DNA of 64,000 bases from the human T2T-CHM13v2.0 reference genome, Homo sapiens, in the NCBI RefSeq assembly GCF_009914755.1, contig NC_060929.1; one strand, 5' to 3'. This document shows positions 14,691 to 29,889 of this stretch, piece by piece. Each line of letters begins with the position of its first letter. Positions within the stretch are counted from its first letter, which is position 1. The notes under the pieces were generated by a model that worked only from the letters and a program-made list of their open reading frames with translations, was not told the DNA's origin and ran no database searches. The position numbers and the translations under genes are program-made.

Positions 14691-14789
14691 TATTTTAAGT
14701 AAAAATCATTGCAAAGGTTAAAATGCTACACACTGGCAGAGAGCACAAAGCCAAGTAAACTCATGATTAGTATCAATAGGTCATCAGAG

Positions 14790-14975
14790 CAGTGGCCCTT
14801 TATCTTGGCTGGACATCAGAACCACCCAGGGAGCTCTGGAGGGGAATAAAACTTAATGTCCAGGCAACACTCTAGACCAATTAAATCAGAATTCCTAGAG
14901 ATGGGACCCAAATGTTAGTATCTTCTTAAAGCTCTCTATGTGATTCCAATGTGTAGCTTAATTTGAAGATTACCA
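14790..14975. mobile_element. MER5A1/MER5B-like relic
   Basis: catcagaaccacccagggagct...agaccaattaaatcagaat...tgtgattccaatgtgtagc. Confidence 0.65.
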
Positions 14976-15802
14976 CATTAAAGTTATATAAAAAGACTGT
15001 CTCTAAGTGGGATGATAAAAAGAGGGCCTATTAAGAAAAGAAACAAAGGCTTGTGAAAAAAAGTAAGAGATGGAGAATAATCTTTGAGCTAATGAATAAA
15101 TTTAGATTAATAGAGATACAGAGATAAGAGTACAATAGTTCCTATTATTTGAAGTATTTATAATCCCTTTGCCAATATAATATATAAGGTGCTATGGGAA
15201 CAGGAAGGAAGAAGCACTGAAATATAGCCATGTGTGAAAGTGACTGTAAAGCAATTTATATAGAGTTCAGTGAGAAAGAAAAAGCTCTGTAGAAAGTTGG
15301 GGAGGTAAGAACATCCAACACCAAGAGTTTTCAACTGGAGATAGTCACCTAGGATAGAGTGACAAGATTTTCAAAATTAAAAAGCAATCCCAGCAATCCC
15401 ACTGACAGTTCAATAACGAGTTCTGAGTAACCAAGGAAAAGCTATTTATTGTTGATTTTTTTAAATGTTAATTTCACAGATATTAAGTACCTTGTTTCCT
15501 CATCCCAGGAAGCGTGACAAACAAGACACACAACCTTAAAAACTGATTGACCTTACTGCGTCCCATGTTTCACAACCTTCTGCTGACCCTGTGCAGAATT
15601 ACAATCCCCAACGAAACTCAACCACCAGTTTAAAAGCAGATCACCATGTAAATCTACTAATGAAAAGGAATGGATATTTTCTATTCTTACCCCCAGAATC
15701 AAATGTAGCAGATAATAATTTGTATCTCAAAGACTTTTTAACATTCAGGACCAAGCCAACTTTTAAGAGAGATAATAGCAAAAATCCCAATTTTCAGAAA
15801 TT

Positions 15803-16109
15803 TTCTTTTCTTTTTTTTTTTTTTTTTTTTGAGACAGGGTCTTCTTCTGTCCCTTGGGTTAGAGTACAGCGGCACAATCACCACTCACTGCAGCCTAGAC
15901 TGCCCGGGTTCAGGTGATCCTCCCACCTCAGCCTCCTAAGTAGCTGCTACTACAGGCACATGCCATCACGCCGGGCTAATTTTTTTTGTCTTTTCTGTAG
16001 AAACGGGGTTTTACCATGTTGCCCAGGCTGGTCTCAAACTCCTGGGCTCAAGCAATCCGCCGGCGTCCCAAAGTGCCGGGATTACAGGCATGAGCCACCG
16101 CGCTCGGCC
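15803..16109 (-). mobile_element. Alu (AluJ-type)
   Basis: T-rich tail, gagacagggtct..., and ctcctgggctcaagcaatcc (J-like); ends cgctcggcc. Confidence 0.92.
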
Positions 16110-18411
16110 AGAAGCTTTTATCCTATTGACCTGGATGTTGGTCTCCGGAACATCAAAGTTTTGTTTTTGTTTTCTTTAATTTTGCCTTCCACATTAACTT
16201 CAAAGTATGTGCAATCTTTACGTGGTAACCACTGAAAAAAGTGACTCTAAATACTGGGAGAAGTTTTCATTTTGTACATTTGGCTCTCCAAAGGCCTGTT
16301 AAACAGATCAAAACCTACATACGGGAGGAAAGCTACCCCCACTCACTCAAACAAAGCATGAGCCTTGATATCTTGTTTTATTTTTCTTTGTGCATCCTAT
16401 TATGGACCTATGTAATAATGCAAGACCACCACACGGGGTAAGGAGCATGAATTATAACAGCTGTGGTCTCAGTGCAGGAACCACAGCACACTGTGAAATT
16501 CTCCATAGCTCTGGATCACAATTAGAGTAACACCTGTGCAAAACAGGTTTCTTCTGATCCCCTAAAAAGCCCTCTATTTTATGCAGGCCCAAATTGTGTT
16601 TGTTGTTCTTAAGCCAGTTCCCTGCCTCGGAATTTAGACAATCATTCAACTGCTTAATTTCATCCCTCTAAAGCAATCCAGAGAGTTCACCGGAGATATA
16701 TCAATGAGTCAGTTCATTCCTGCCTCACCCAACCCTTCTCTATGTGACTCCCTGGGCAAGATAACTTTTACAGGGATGAAAAAGAATATCCTTTTTCTAT
16801 GACACATAATGGCTTTTTATGAAGTCAAATCTTCCATTGCATTGACAGAGTAGGGGAAAGCTGGGCAAAGGATGTGATTCCTCCATTTCTGCAGGACATA
16901 TTCCACCAGTAAAAAAGAAACAATTGCATGCCCCAAAGGAAATGGTTACCAAATTGAGGCAATCGCTTATGCTAAAAAAAAGTCTGTGGTTTCTGCTTTA
17001 AAAGGGTCAGAACAATGTCATTCTTGGACACTACTGAAAACGTGATTAAGACAACTCTGCAGAGGTCCACAATAGGGACAGGAAATGTCAGACTCAAATT
17101 TTCAGGCTCAATTATTCATCTCATAAATAAATTTTGAAGATGGGTTTGTCTTATGAAAGTTGAGAAGCACAGTGTTTAGCAATTATACAAACCCTAAGAC
17201 TTGGCTCCTCAAAACCATTTCTGTTGGTTTTGGAATGTTGTCTGCATCCAAGTAGCTGACAAAGTTTTTTATTATTATTATTAATAACACAAGACTTTAA
17301 GAAAGGTATGAGCTCTTTGAGTGAGAAAAGAGACTCTGGCTTACTTCCATTTTTCCAGTCTTACTATGGACCAATGGCTGCTGATTTTCTACTTACACTT
17401 TGCCCTTGTGTCTTTTCTACTAATAATAATACATTAGTCAATCCAGGATAAATTCAGAGTCAGGATGTTGGGTCCTTTAAGAAGCCTTATAGAAACAATT
17501 GCACAAGGAAATTGGTTGAAATCTCAGTAGGTGATAATTGTAATAATTGTTCTCTTGGCCTGGCCACTGAGAGGACACCTACAGAACAGCTTATTGCTGT
17601 TACACATCCATCATAAAGTATCAGAGCCAGCATGCACCCCCTTGAGTCTTTAAGGAAGTTTCTAGTACTCTCATCGTTCTCATTGTTCAATATAGTCTAA
17701 CACACTAAAATCTGTGAAGGCTTGTAAGAAACACCTGCAAGTCCTAGACCATGCCCTCTAGGGGCTTACATTTTTAGTCAGTAGACCACACTTACTTGTG
17801 CAATAAATGCACTTAAATTAAATGCTCACTGTGGGTTACACACCACGGGAGTTTCAGAAGTATAAAACTTGTCTCATCCTCATGAGGCAATGGACTTGGA
17901 GAGACAAGATATTTGCTAGAGAGGAGATCAACAAGGACTAGAAGCACCACAGAAAAGCTTAGGAGAAGGTGTGCCTGTAGCTAGGCCTTGAAAAATGGGT
18001 AAGATTTAGGTGGAAGGAAGACATTTGGACAAGAGGCTATGATAAACAAAGATGTAAAGGCAGGAATGAGGATGGCAGTCATGTGGGACTCAAAGAGGAT
18101 TCCCCCACACCCTTCCTTTTTATTTTGGTCTTATTAGATCCATCTGATGGGGACAAGGTCAGAATTATTTGAAAGGATTTTGCCTCATCTGCATGGACTT
18201 CCTATGGAAACAGAAAGACAAGGGAGCCTTTGAGTGAGGGAACAGTGATAGTTCAGTGGATTGGAAACGTCTGTGTCCAGAAGAAAAAAAAAGGAGTGGA
18301 AAGGGTTGTAATTATAATACAGTGTGTAAAGTGCTGCCATGGAAACATACAGTCCTGGGGCCAGGAAGGTTCCCAGAAAGATATGACTCCTTTCTTTCAC
18401 TCAGCTAGGTG

Positions 18412-18468
18412 ACACACACACATACACACACACACACACACTCACACACACACACATGAACACACACA
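18412..18468. repeat. Interrupted (CA)n microsatellite
   Basis: Read directly from the sequence. Confidence 0.9.
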
Positions 18469-19059
18469 TCATATCATACATATGTATAATTAGCTGCCAA
18501 TTATACAGACTGTAAGGATGCAGAACACTCTGGGGACGTTCAAGTTTCTCATCCTTCTATCTGACCCCATACTCTCCTATCCATGTGCTCCTGTAATTCC
18601 AACTTAAACCTCCTCATTGGCTTCCACCAAAATCCACTCATGCCCCAGCATTTCTTGAATTTATTACCTTTATTACAAATTTAGACAGCCATGAAGAGAG
18701 ATTGCATCTTAGAGCACATGACTTTCTGTCATCCAGGTGGATTCACCAGTACCAATCTATCCTTCCTTCTCTCCAAGAAGTGAGCAAGGTCTTTGCTTGT
18801 CTAGCTCAAAAGAGCTCTATCCCTATCAGGTATTGTGTTCTACTTGGGCAAGGGGATGATTATAAGCCCAAACCTCAACATTATACAATACACAAATATA
18901 ACATATAACAAATCTGCACATGTGCCCCTTGAATCTAACTTTTTTAAAGACCTCTATTCATAATATTGAAAGCTCGTTCTGTACTCCAAGCCCTTTCTCA
19001 AAGACATTTGCCCGTCTAAGTGAATTCTGGTGAATGCAATTTTCCCCATCTTGTTAAGA

Positions 19060-19750
<691 letters not shown>

Positions 19751-21053
19751 TTTTTTTTTAAACCTTCCCCTAAGTGAAGGAGAGAAGGGGAATATTATCA
19801 GTCTTTCACAGCTTTTACCAAGTTCTCCCTCCAAGGGAAAGGAAAGGAGAAGATACAGCACATTGACGACTCAGCATTCAGTTCCCTTTCACACCCACCC
19901 TTCTCACTCAACGGCCTTGATGTCCTTCTATCTTTATCCTAAGACCTTGGAGAAAGCCAGTCTCTAAAGATCCTATTAGAATCCTCATCCAGCTTTGCCT
20001 CTTCATTTACCTAATGGGTTGCTTCCACTCAGCTCAACCACAAAGGCCTTTTCTGTCAATGGAGATCTCCAAAGAACCTAGAGGAAGAGAATCCTGTGAA
20101 TATACCACTATTGTTAATGGAGTTGACAGTGGTAGGGCTTAAGGGAGCCCCAAGAATGGATGAACTCCCAACCCAAACCTTGTGCCACATTTTCTTCACC
20201 CTCAGAGTTAGAGGCCTCCCTGGATCTTTGAGTCCACCCAGTGGAAGGATATTGTTAAGTGGGCACCCTGCCCTTTGCAGCTCCTCTCCCTGGGGCCTCA
20301 TCCACATACAAGAGAGGATTAGGTGTTTATGTGAGCATCTTAGCTCATGGAGATGGAGTAGTTTACCTCTCTGGTTTTTCTTCCATTTCCTGACATTCAT
20401 TTCTGGAAAAGTAAGGGGCTTTCCTGCCAGTAGGAGTTTGCCACAAAATGTCTTTCCTCTCTCTTAACAAAATCATACTTCAAATCAGGATGTCCTATGT
20501 ATGTTCTTACATCTCATAAATTGTCCAAAGCTACCACATGTCTTGTTTATGATTCAGCATATTCCGAGCTTCTTTCTGAAGTAGCCAATATTAAACAATG
20601 CATTTTCCTCCAAAGGCTATATTATCTATCTCAAAATGGTTTCCATACATTTACTCTTAATACAAATGGAATTTCCAAAATTAGCAAGAGTTTTAGCAGA
20701 TTCCACAAGCTCCTCCTATCCCTGCACAATGCACTCTACAGTTTGGAAGTCATGGTAAGGCTGTACTCCTGGTTCAGTACAGTCTCTTAATTCAAATGAT
20801 ACTGGACAGAACCCCCAAATAAAACAGAGGTGTCAAATGAGAATTTTGAAATCTGTTTAAATTTGGACAACTGCAAATTCTGTAGGACTGTGAAAGGCAG
20901 AATTCTGCGATTCCTGCCAGGGCTCAGGAGTGGCTTCCTTGGGCTTCTGCCTTGCACTGCAACACATCAATCCAGGAAGGAAGCCAAGTCTGGTCACTGG
21001 TTTCTGCAAAAATCTATTCACACCCAAACATATTTTGAGTTTAGCACCTGTAG

Positions 21054-21632
<579 letters not shown>

Positions 21633-21701
21633 TGAGCTTGGGATGCCCAACTACCAGTGGAGTGTCAGTTGAAAAATCACTTGCATTGTCAACCAAGATG
21701 A

Positions 21702-21966
<265 letters not shown>

Positions 21967-24542
21967 CCAAATCACCTAATTCTTGTTTTCCAGCTTGCCA
22001 TGTGGGTTAAAATATTGTCTTATTTGTTTTCTTCAGTCATTTCCATAAGTGCAGTTTTAATTTTATCCACTAGATTATAAATTCCTTAAAAGTAGCAGAG
22101 ACTTTTTCTTTTCATTTTTCCTATAATTTCTATTATCATAATGTGCTACATTCTGTCAGTAAATGTTATTAACTGAGTGACCAACTAACTAGGGAGAAGT
22201 ACTGTGGAATGTAATTTGCTGCAAGAATTCTGGAGTTGTAGATTGCAGAAATACTTAGAAGGGGGACAGCAGGCCTGGGTTCAGAGGAGAAAAACAAAAG
22301 TGAAAACATCAAGGATGAAACTAAAAGACAGGAAAAAAAATATGGAGGCAGAAGAAAATGAGCCCTCTGAAGGGGAAACAAGAACACGTGTTAGATTAGT
22401 GGGGGCAAGCTGAGCCCCTCCAATGGAAGTATATGGAGAAAAGATTCCTGCTGCAAATATTTTCAGCTTGAACCAGCAAAGGGAAGCACATGATTGGTGA
22501 CTGAACTTCAATTTATTAGGTTGAAACATATGACATTGCTAATATTCAGTTATTTTTTTACCTATGGAAACAACAATACCATATGATTCAGCCATAGGGA
22601 ATTCAATAGATAATTCAGTTTATTGAAGATGGTGGAAAATAACTGTGGAATACATTATTCCTTTTTTTTTTGTCTAGTAGTTTTAAGTTAATGAAAATAC
22701 AGGGATATACTAAAATTATCACTAAAACATGACAAAAATCAACTGTTTGTACTTATTTCCTTACATCTTTAGTATTTATATATGTATATTCATATATACT
22801 TTATATTAACTGTATGCATAATTATGACATAAAGTATATGATATGACAGTCCCTTTAATTATCAAGCAAAAGATTATTAGAATGGTCAGGTAACTTGTTC
22901 CTTTTACTTTGTATCTGAGTATTCCACAACAATCTCCAAGGTCTATGGAGAGTAGAATGAAAAAGACATCACAGTTGTTGTCATTTATCCCTAGCCAGGG
23001 AATGAAACGACAACTGAGTCCTGTGTCAGATCTTTCTCCTTGCCCTAAAATGAAAATGAAAGGGGTGGGAGTTGCTAGAATTAGGTGTTTGAAAACTAAT
23101 AGATGCAATCTGTGATCAAATGGAAACGCAATTCTTATCAGAGGAAAATATTGCCCAGGGAAGCATAGATGTTATTCTTCAACACAGCTCACTAATGGAA
23201 TAGGATTCTGTGCCAGTGAGTATAAAAAATAATAATACTATAACTATATATATGGCTGGCTTGAGAATTTCTCCTTTGCAACTTTACTTGCTCCAAGAAA
23301 TGACAAATTGAAGTTTAACAAATACAATAATTTTTGGTCTTTGTTTATTTCTTTTTAAGAGAAAAAGAAAGAACAGAAACTTCACAGTTGGGAAAAGAAA
23401 ATACCTCATGGATATGGGTTTTATTGCAAGCTATGCATCTGACTTAAAGATGTTAATGCTGAATTCGCCCACCAAGATCAAAACTCCTACAAAACTCTTC
23501 CAGCTGCAGCATTTATGGCTCCAGGTTTTGTTTCAGAAAGTGAGGAATATGTTCCAGGATTATGATCTTATTTCTCTTTCTTGCCTGTTGTAAGCATAAC
23601 CATAGTCTGCTCTTTTAATGCTATGAAAATGTTCAGTTGGCATTGTTTTTCCCACAACCATGGAAACACCTGCTTCCAAATTAATTTATAATCTATTTTA
23701 CACCTATGGCTGCAAGCCATAGTCTAGTTTATTTTTTAAGGAATTTTGGTAAAGCATATAAGAAAGTATATAATGTCTGCTTCTTCTCTTTTTTGTTCCT
23801 CATGACATAATGTTGGCTTTTACACATTTCGTTTTATGTCCAGCTTTTTAAGATGCTAATAATATGTAAAGATATGTGATATGTTGGAATATATGTAAAG
23901 TTTTTTTTTTTTGAGTCTTTCAAAGCATATCCTAACACAGATATTGTACACCACACATACTTTTCTTGAATCTTGGGCCCAATTTCTCCTTTTATTTGGC
24001 CAGACTAAAGCATGCAGTAAAGTATCTTTCAAGTTTCTTGAACAAAAAAAGAAATCTGAGTATGCCCACAACTTCACTAACTTCAAATATGAGTGATTCA
24101 CTTCTGTAAAAATACGTTATTTCCTGCTTAGATTTTATGTTAAGGTAAAGAGAAGTTTTTAATACATCCCAGATGATCCTATGAAAGAAGGATTATGAAA
24201 ATCAACTTACCTACTGTTTCTTTGACTTTTCTTTGTTCTGTTTATCAATTACAGGGAAACAAAATTTCACAACTAAAACAACATTAAGGCTATTTTAAAT
24301 ATTATATTGAGATTACTAATGAGTTCATATATGTCCATTTTTAAATATATTTTAAGAACATTATAAAAGTAATCAAAACAAAGAAAATAACAAAGAAACA
24401 CAAACTAAATCAACTTCAGTAACAGAAATGTCTGGTCTGACAAAAAAAACTGGCAACTAAAATTAATGATTCTTAAACATCTGTCATTGTCAGTTCAAGA
24501 ATTCTGATACTATGTTACTAGGTATAGAAAAAGCAACAGTTA

Positions 24543-24740
24543 GGCGGGGCGCGGTGGCTCACTCCTGTAATCCCAGCACTTTGGGAGGCCGAGGTGGGCG
24601 GATCATGAGGTCAAGAGATTGGGGGCGGGGTGGGGGGGGGCTGGGGGGAGGGGCGGCGGTAGTGCGGAGCTTCCAGTGAGCCGAGATCGCGCCAGCGTGG
24701 GTGACAAGGGCAAAACTCCGTCTCAAAAAAAAAAAAAAAA
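24543..24740 (+). mobile_element. Internally deleted Alu carrying a G-rich insert
   Basis: Intact Alu 5' end and 3' end with A tail, TSD AAAAAGCAACAGTTA at 24528-24542 and 24736-24750, but only about 200 bp long. Confidence 0.9.
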
Positions 24741-26129
24741 GCAACAGTTAAAAATATTCAAGTTGAAAATTTTGTAAGTCCTGAACTTCAGAGAAAAAAA
24801 GGGCAGAACACAGGGTGGAAATGGAAGCACTTGTTTCCAACAGCAAAACATGAGCTCGCAAGTCAGGGCTAATACTACTCAACAATTCCAGATTCCCAAG
24901 CTGAGGATGACTCATAATTCATGAGCATCAAGACTAAAGATGATCACTTGCTTCTTTCCATCACTGAAAGATGGGCTGTGTAATGTAAGGATAGAAACAA
25001 ATATTTTCAGCCTCTACTAGTTTCATGTGGCATTGTTATAAGATAAGGAATTTGTGTTGCAATCACTTCCATTATTCATGATTGTTTTAATTCCCATGCA
25101 AGTTAATGAAGAGAACAAAGAGGTAGTAAACTAACTCTCTAAAACTAGTGAGTTAAGAGTTTTTGACCAATATTAAATGTTACTCCATTTTTTTCTCATT
25201 AAATTTCCATTCAATAGAATACACACTGATTTTACAAGAGGTCATTAATATATAACATTTTTGTAATGTGAGATGTAGGTCACAATCACTTAAAGTCTCA
25301 CGGAATTATGTTGTTGTTGTCGTTGTTGTTGTTTTGTTTTTGCATCGCTGTTGTCTGTTATACCAGCCTACGAGTTCACACAAGAGTGTCAGCAGAGGGT
25401 ACCTTTACAATTCACAGGCTAAGACTCATAGTTCAATCCCTCTGAGCCCTACAGCATTCTTGCTTGATTTGTATATCTTAGTAATCTTTTAAAATTTAAA
25501 AAAACAGATTCTAATGCAGAGGAAACAGATAACAGATACATAATCAGCCTTGACTTTATTGGAAAGGATTAGTAACATTACCTTGTAAAAATGAGCACAA
25601 GTAATTGCCTAATTGGTAAGCCATGCACTTCCGAAGACAATGTAAGTCAACTACCTATTTACTTTTTGTTTCATGTATTATATTTACTTACAGGCTTTTT
25701 CCTGTCTAAAGACCCTTCATAACATGCCACATTGGTATTGTTCATGCTAGATTATAAAACCTCAAGGCTGGGACTATGGCATAAAGATACATAGTATAAG
25801 TGCTTTACAGAGGGTGGGTGGATGGGTTAGTTGTGAAATAAATATTTCTACAAAGTCTTCAGTACTTATAAGGCACCTACTGTTTAGGACACTATCATTT
25901 CAGTGGTTCATTTTAGTGTTAGAGAAAAGTAAATTTCACTTTGGTTATCCATTTCTGAGCAACAAAGTGGTTCATTGCCATCTTCCTGATATTTGCAGGA
26001 ACTGTCATAAGACATTACCAGAGGAAGATTAAGACTGTGGGTACAGGAAAAGATTGATGACTTAGACCTTTTAGTTATCACCTACATAACAGAAGTGAAA
26101 ACATTCATAAGGACTAAGTTCTTTTTCTT

Positions 26130-26700
26130 TCCTGCCTCTCTTTCTAAACCTGTTGGCATCATGAAGACTGTTCTTCCCTCCCTGGGTCTTCTTCCTTTTT
26201 CCAAAGAATTCTAAAAATGGGTAGCCTCCAAGGTTGAGTCTTCAGGCTTGCCTCAATCGGGGATGCCAGCCTCAATCACTACAGCTATGCTGGTGGCTCC
26301 CAAACATATATTTCCATTCCTAACATCCCATAAGAATTCTTGGCCTACATTTTCCAGAAAATAATATTACTTATGCGTCCAAACTCACGTTTTTTGTCCA
26401 TCTCTCTGACAACTATCTTCTTTACCAGCTTTCCTACTTTAATTATTTATCATTGTACCTTCTTCATATACTCCCAACTCATTATTCCCTTTCTCTGTTT
26501 AATTTTCTTCAAATAATTCATCAACAGCTAACATGCTACATATTTTCCTTATTTACATTTTTATTATCTGTTTCACTTGAACATAAGCTCCATAAGGTTG
26601 GGGAGCTTTTGATATCTTTATTCTCTGTATCCCAGTACCAAAAATACAGCACGTACTCAATAAATATTTCTTGAATAAATGAAAATATTAAGTGGATAAA
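26130..26700. mobile_element. L2 LINE fragment with 3' terminus
   Basis: ataagctccataaggttggg...tctgtatcccagtacc...gtactcaataaatatttcttgaataaatgaa is an L2 3'-end signature. Confidence 0.6.
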
Positions 26701-26879
26701 TGAAAGGATGAAGCCATAATGCTCCAAAACTTCTAGAACAGAAAAATTAGAATTATATTTGATTCTGGTCTCACATCTGCCATCTACATCTAATCAGTTA
26801 CAAAATCCTATGATTCATCCTTTCAACATTTTCTCCCAACTGAGTCCAAACCCTAAAATGCTTCCCATGTGGATTTTTA

Positions 26880-27215
<336 letters not shown>

Positions 27216-29889
27216 AGTGTCTCCAGGCTCCCTCCATTTCAATTACTTTCTTTCTTCAGATAATCCTTCTCAATCCCTAGTTCTCATCACTCTCAGAATC
27301 TAAAATCCTCTATAACCTGCATAACCTGACCTCTAATACATACTAACTTTACTGATAGATTCTAATTCCCAATTACTATTTATCATTCCATTTTCTCTTT
27401 CACTTAGACTGAACTGACTATTCCCCTTACATGCAATGCTCATTCCTACCTTGATGCCTTTACTTGGGATATTTCTACTACCTAATGTCCTTTTTTCTCC
27501 TCATCTTATTCAAATCCTATATATTTTTTGTTAGATCTAATTCCCAGCTATGTTCCATGGAGCTCTTTAAAACCTTTACCAACAACCACAGCCCATATTG
27601 ATTCTGGCTTTGTCTGGTCTCTGGAAACTCATATTGTCAGAACTTCATAATCCATCACTCCATTGATCAATGGTTTCATGGCTTCACCTTGGCTCTTTAA
27701 TACAATGGCAACACAAATATAGCTGAACTATTCTCATGACCAGTCTAAGATCAGTGCTGAATTCAACAGAAACATAAGTCCAAAACCCAAGGATACTCTT
27801 GAAAATATCTTAAATTTTTACTGACATTTTTTCAAAGAGACACAGCAAATATCCTAAAGCTCCTCCTTTTCCATCATTATCTCTGAAGTCTTCTTAACAG
27901 CTGCTCAATAATCATTCTTTTCTCACTTACATTTTCCACCCTTAAAACTCCAGTCCATGCTGCAGTTTATTCCTTTCATTATCCCCTTACCTCTTGAGAC
28001 TGAATCTATTATTCTTCCAAAGATTGCTTTCTGCCCTATTTCTTCTATACCAATTTAGACTTTGGGGGCTCTTTCCAATAGCGGACATAGACATTAACCA
28101 AAACAAAATCCTACTTCCTGGAACTGCTGAAGTAAAAATGACACTTTCTCCTGCAGAAATAGAGAAAGAGGAAAAGCTATAAGTTTTTTACAGGCTTTTT
28201 ATTCCTGTCATACGTCCCTCCTAGCTAAACCTTTGTGGATCTCTGAAAAGGACATATCACTTGTTCCCTTGAGGCATTTCCCATTGGATGCCAAGCCTTT
28301 CCAATCTTTATTCTTCTTCTGTGGGGTTGGAAGATTTATTTTAACAACAAACTTAATTGTGAGGTGGTCTGAGCCAGACAGTGACCTCTTTACCCTGAAG
28401 CTCCAGCTATGCACCCTCCACCTCCAGCATAGCAGTGATTTCTGTGCCTCTGTCTTTCACACCCTTGGAGGAGCACATTAGATAAGTGCCTTGCCCAGGC
28501 CAGCCCTTCCCTCCAGATGTTTTGTCCTCTGCCAGAGAAAGATCATCTAGTCACCAAGTTGTTTTTCTCACAGTTCCATGACACTGTGGCATCATCTGTG
28601 GGCCAAATGGGCTGCCATGTGACAGTGAAGCAGCCTCAGGAGCATAGAATAATGAACAACTCAACCCCTGGGGAAATCCACAGGTGGAAACATTATAGCA
28701 GGAGACCAGTGGGGCCAAAAAATGGTAGACACAATGTGACAAATGGAAGGGCAGTGGCAAATGCAAAGAAGCCTCTTTTCATGAGTACACAGAGGACACC
28801 CCCAGACATTTTCCATAATAGTTGAGGGGGGCTTTGGAAGAGCTAAGGTCTGTCAATAGAGACAGTGTAAGTACAGAACTAGGAACACAATGATACTGTT
28901 TATGTGATTCCAAGTTTACTCCTTGGCTCTCCAGCTGGGAAAACAAGGGTTTCGTGGAAAATAAAGGCCACATCTACCTCAAAGTGCTCTTGTAAAATGT
29001 GCATCACAATATGTGGAAAGTGTAAACATAGGGCCTAGCACATAGTAGGAGCATGGTTAATGGTTCTTTTTCTACTCCTCTGCCCAGCTGCCCTCTCCCC
29101 CCACCCCAAGAGCAGCCTCCATATCTCCCAAGGATTTATTCATTCAAAAAATATTCATCAGGCTTTTACTAGGCATTGGAATACAGTGGTGAAAAGACAA
29201 AAATAATTATACCTTGCTGGAGAGTAGGGCACAGAGCAGGTGCTTAATAAATATTTGTGAATTGACAAGACCAATCCCTAGTAGTCCCATCTCAGACAAC
29301 TCTTTACTGGAATCCTCATACCCCAGAGAGCTCTAACCAGGATTTGCTGTCACAGGAAGTAGTTCATGTTGACTTTATGCTTAAGGATAACCAAGAGATG
29401 GAAATATAAATAGGTGTCCTGGGGAAAAAGAGATGGCTGAGAGGCCTAGATTGCAAATAAATTGCTAAAATGTCTATCTCTATCAATAGAAAGAAAATCT
29501 GGAAATTCCAGAAGGGAAAATATCAACATTTACCATACCAAACCATGCCAAAGCCCATCACAAATCAAAGTAAGAAAGAATCAAATGAAAATTGTTATTG
29601 CTGAATTTTGTCCTAAGTGTGCATATATCATTCAAGTTATACAAGTTAATTCTTTATCACAGTTGATAATAAGTATTAAAAGGAGTCAGATTACAACTGG
29701 ATTTCATTTAAACAAAGGACATTGAATAAAATGAACTCTACATTTAAAATAGACCAAAACTTTTAAATATATCAACAAATTACTATTATAAATTATGATT
29801 TCTTAAGATTTTAAAAATGTTTGCCACAAAAGGGTCCATGATATTAACCACATATTCTGGGTTCTCACATTACAAGAAAACATTTTCCC

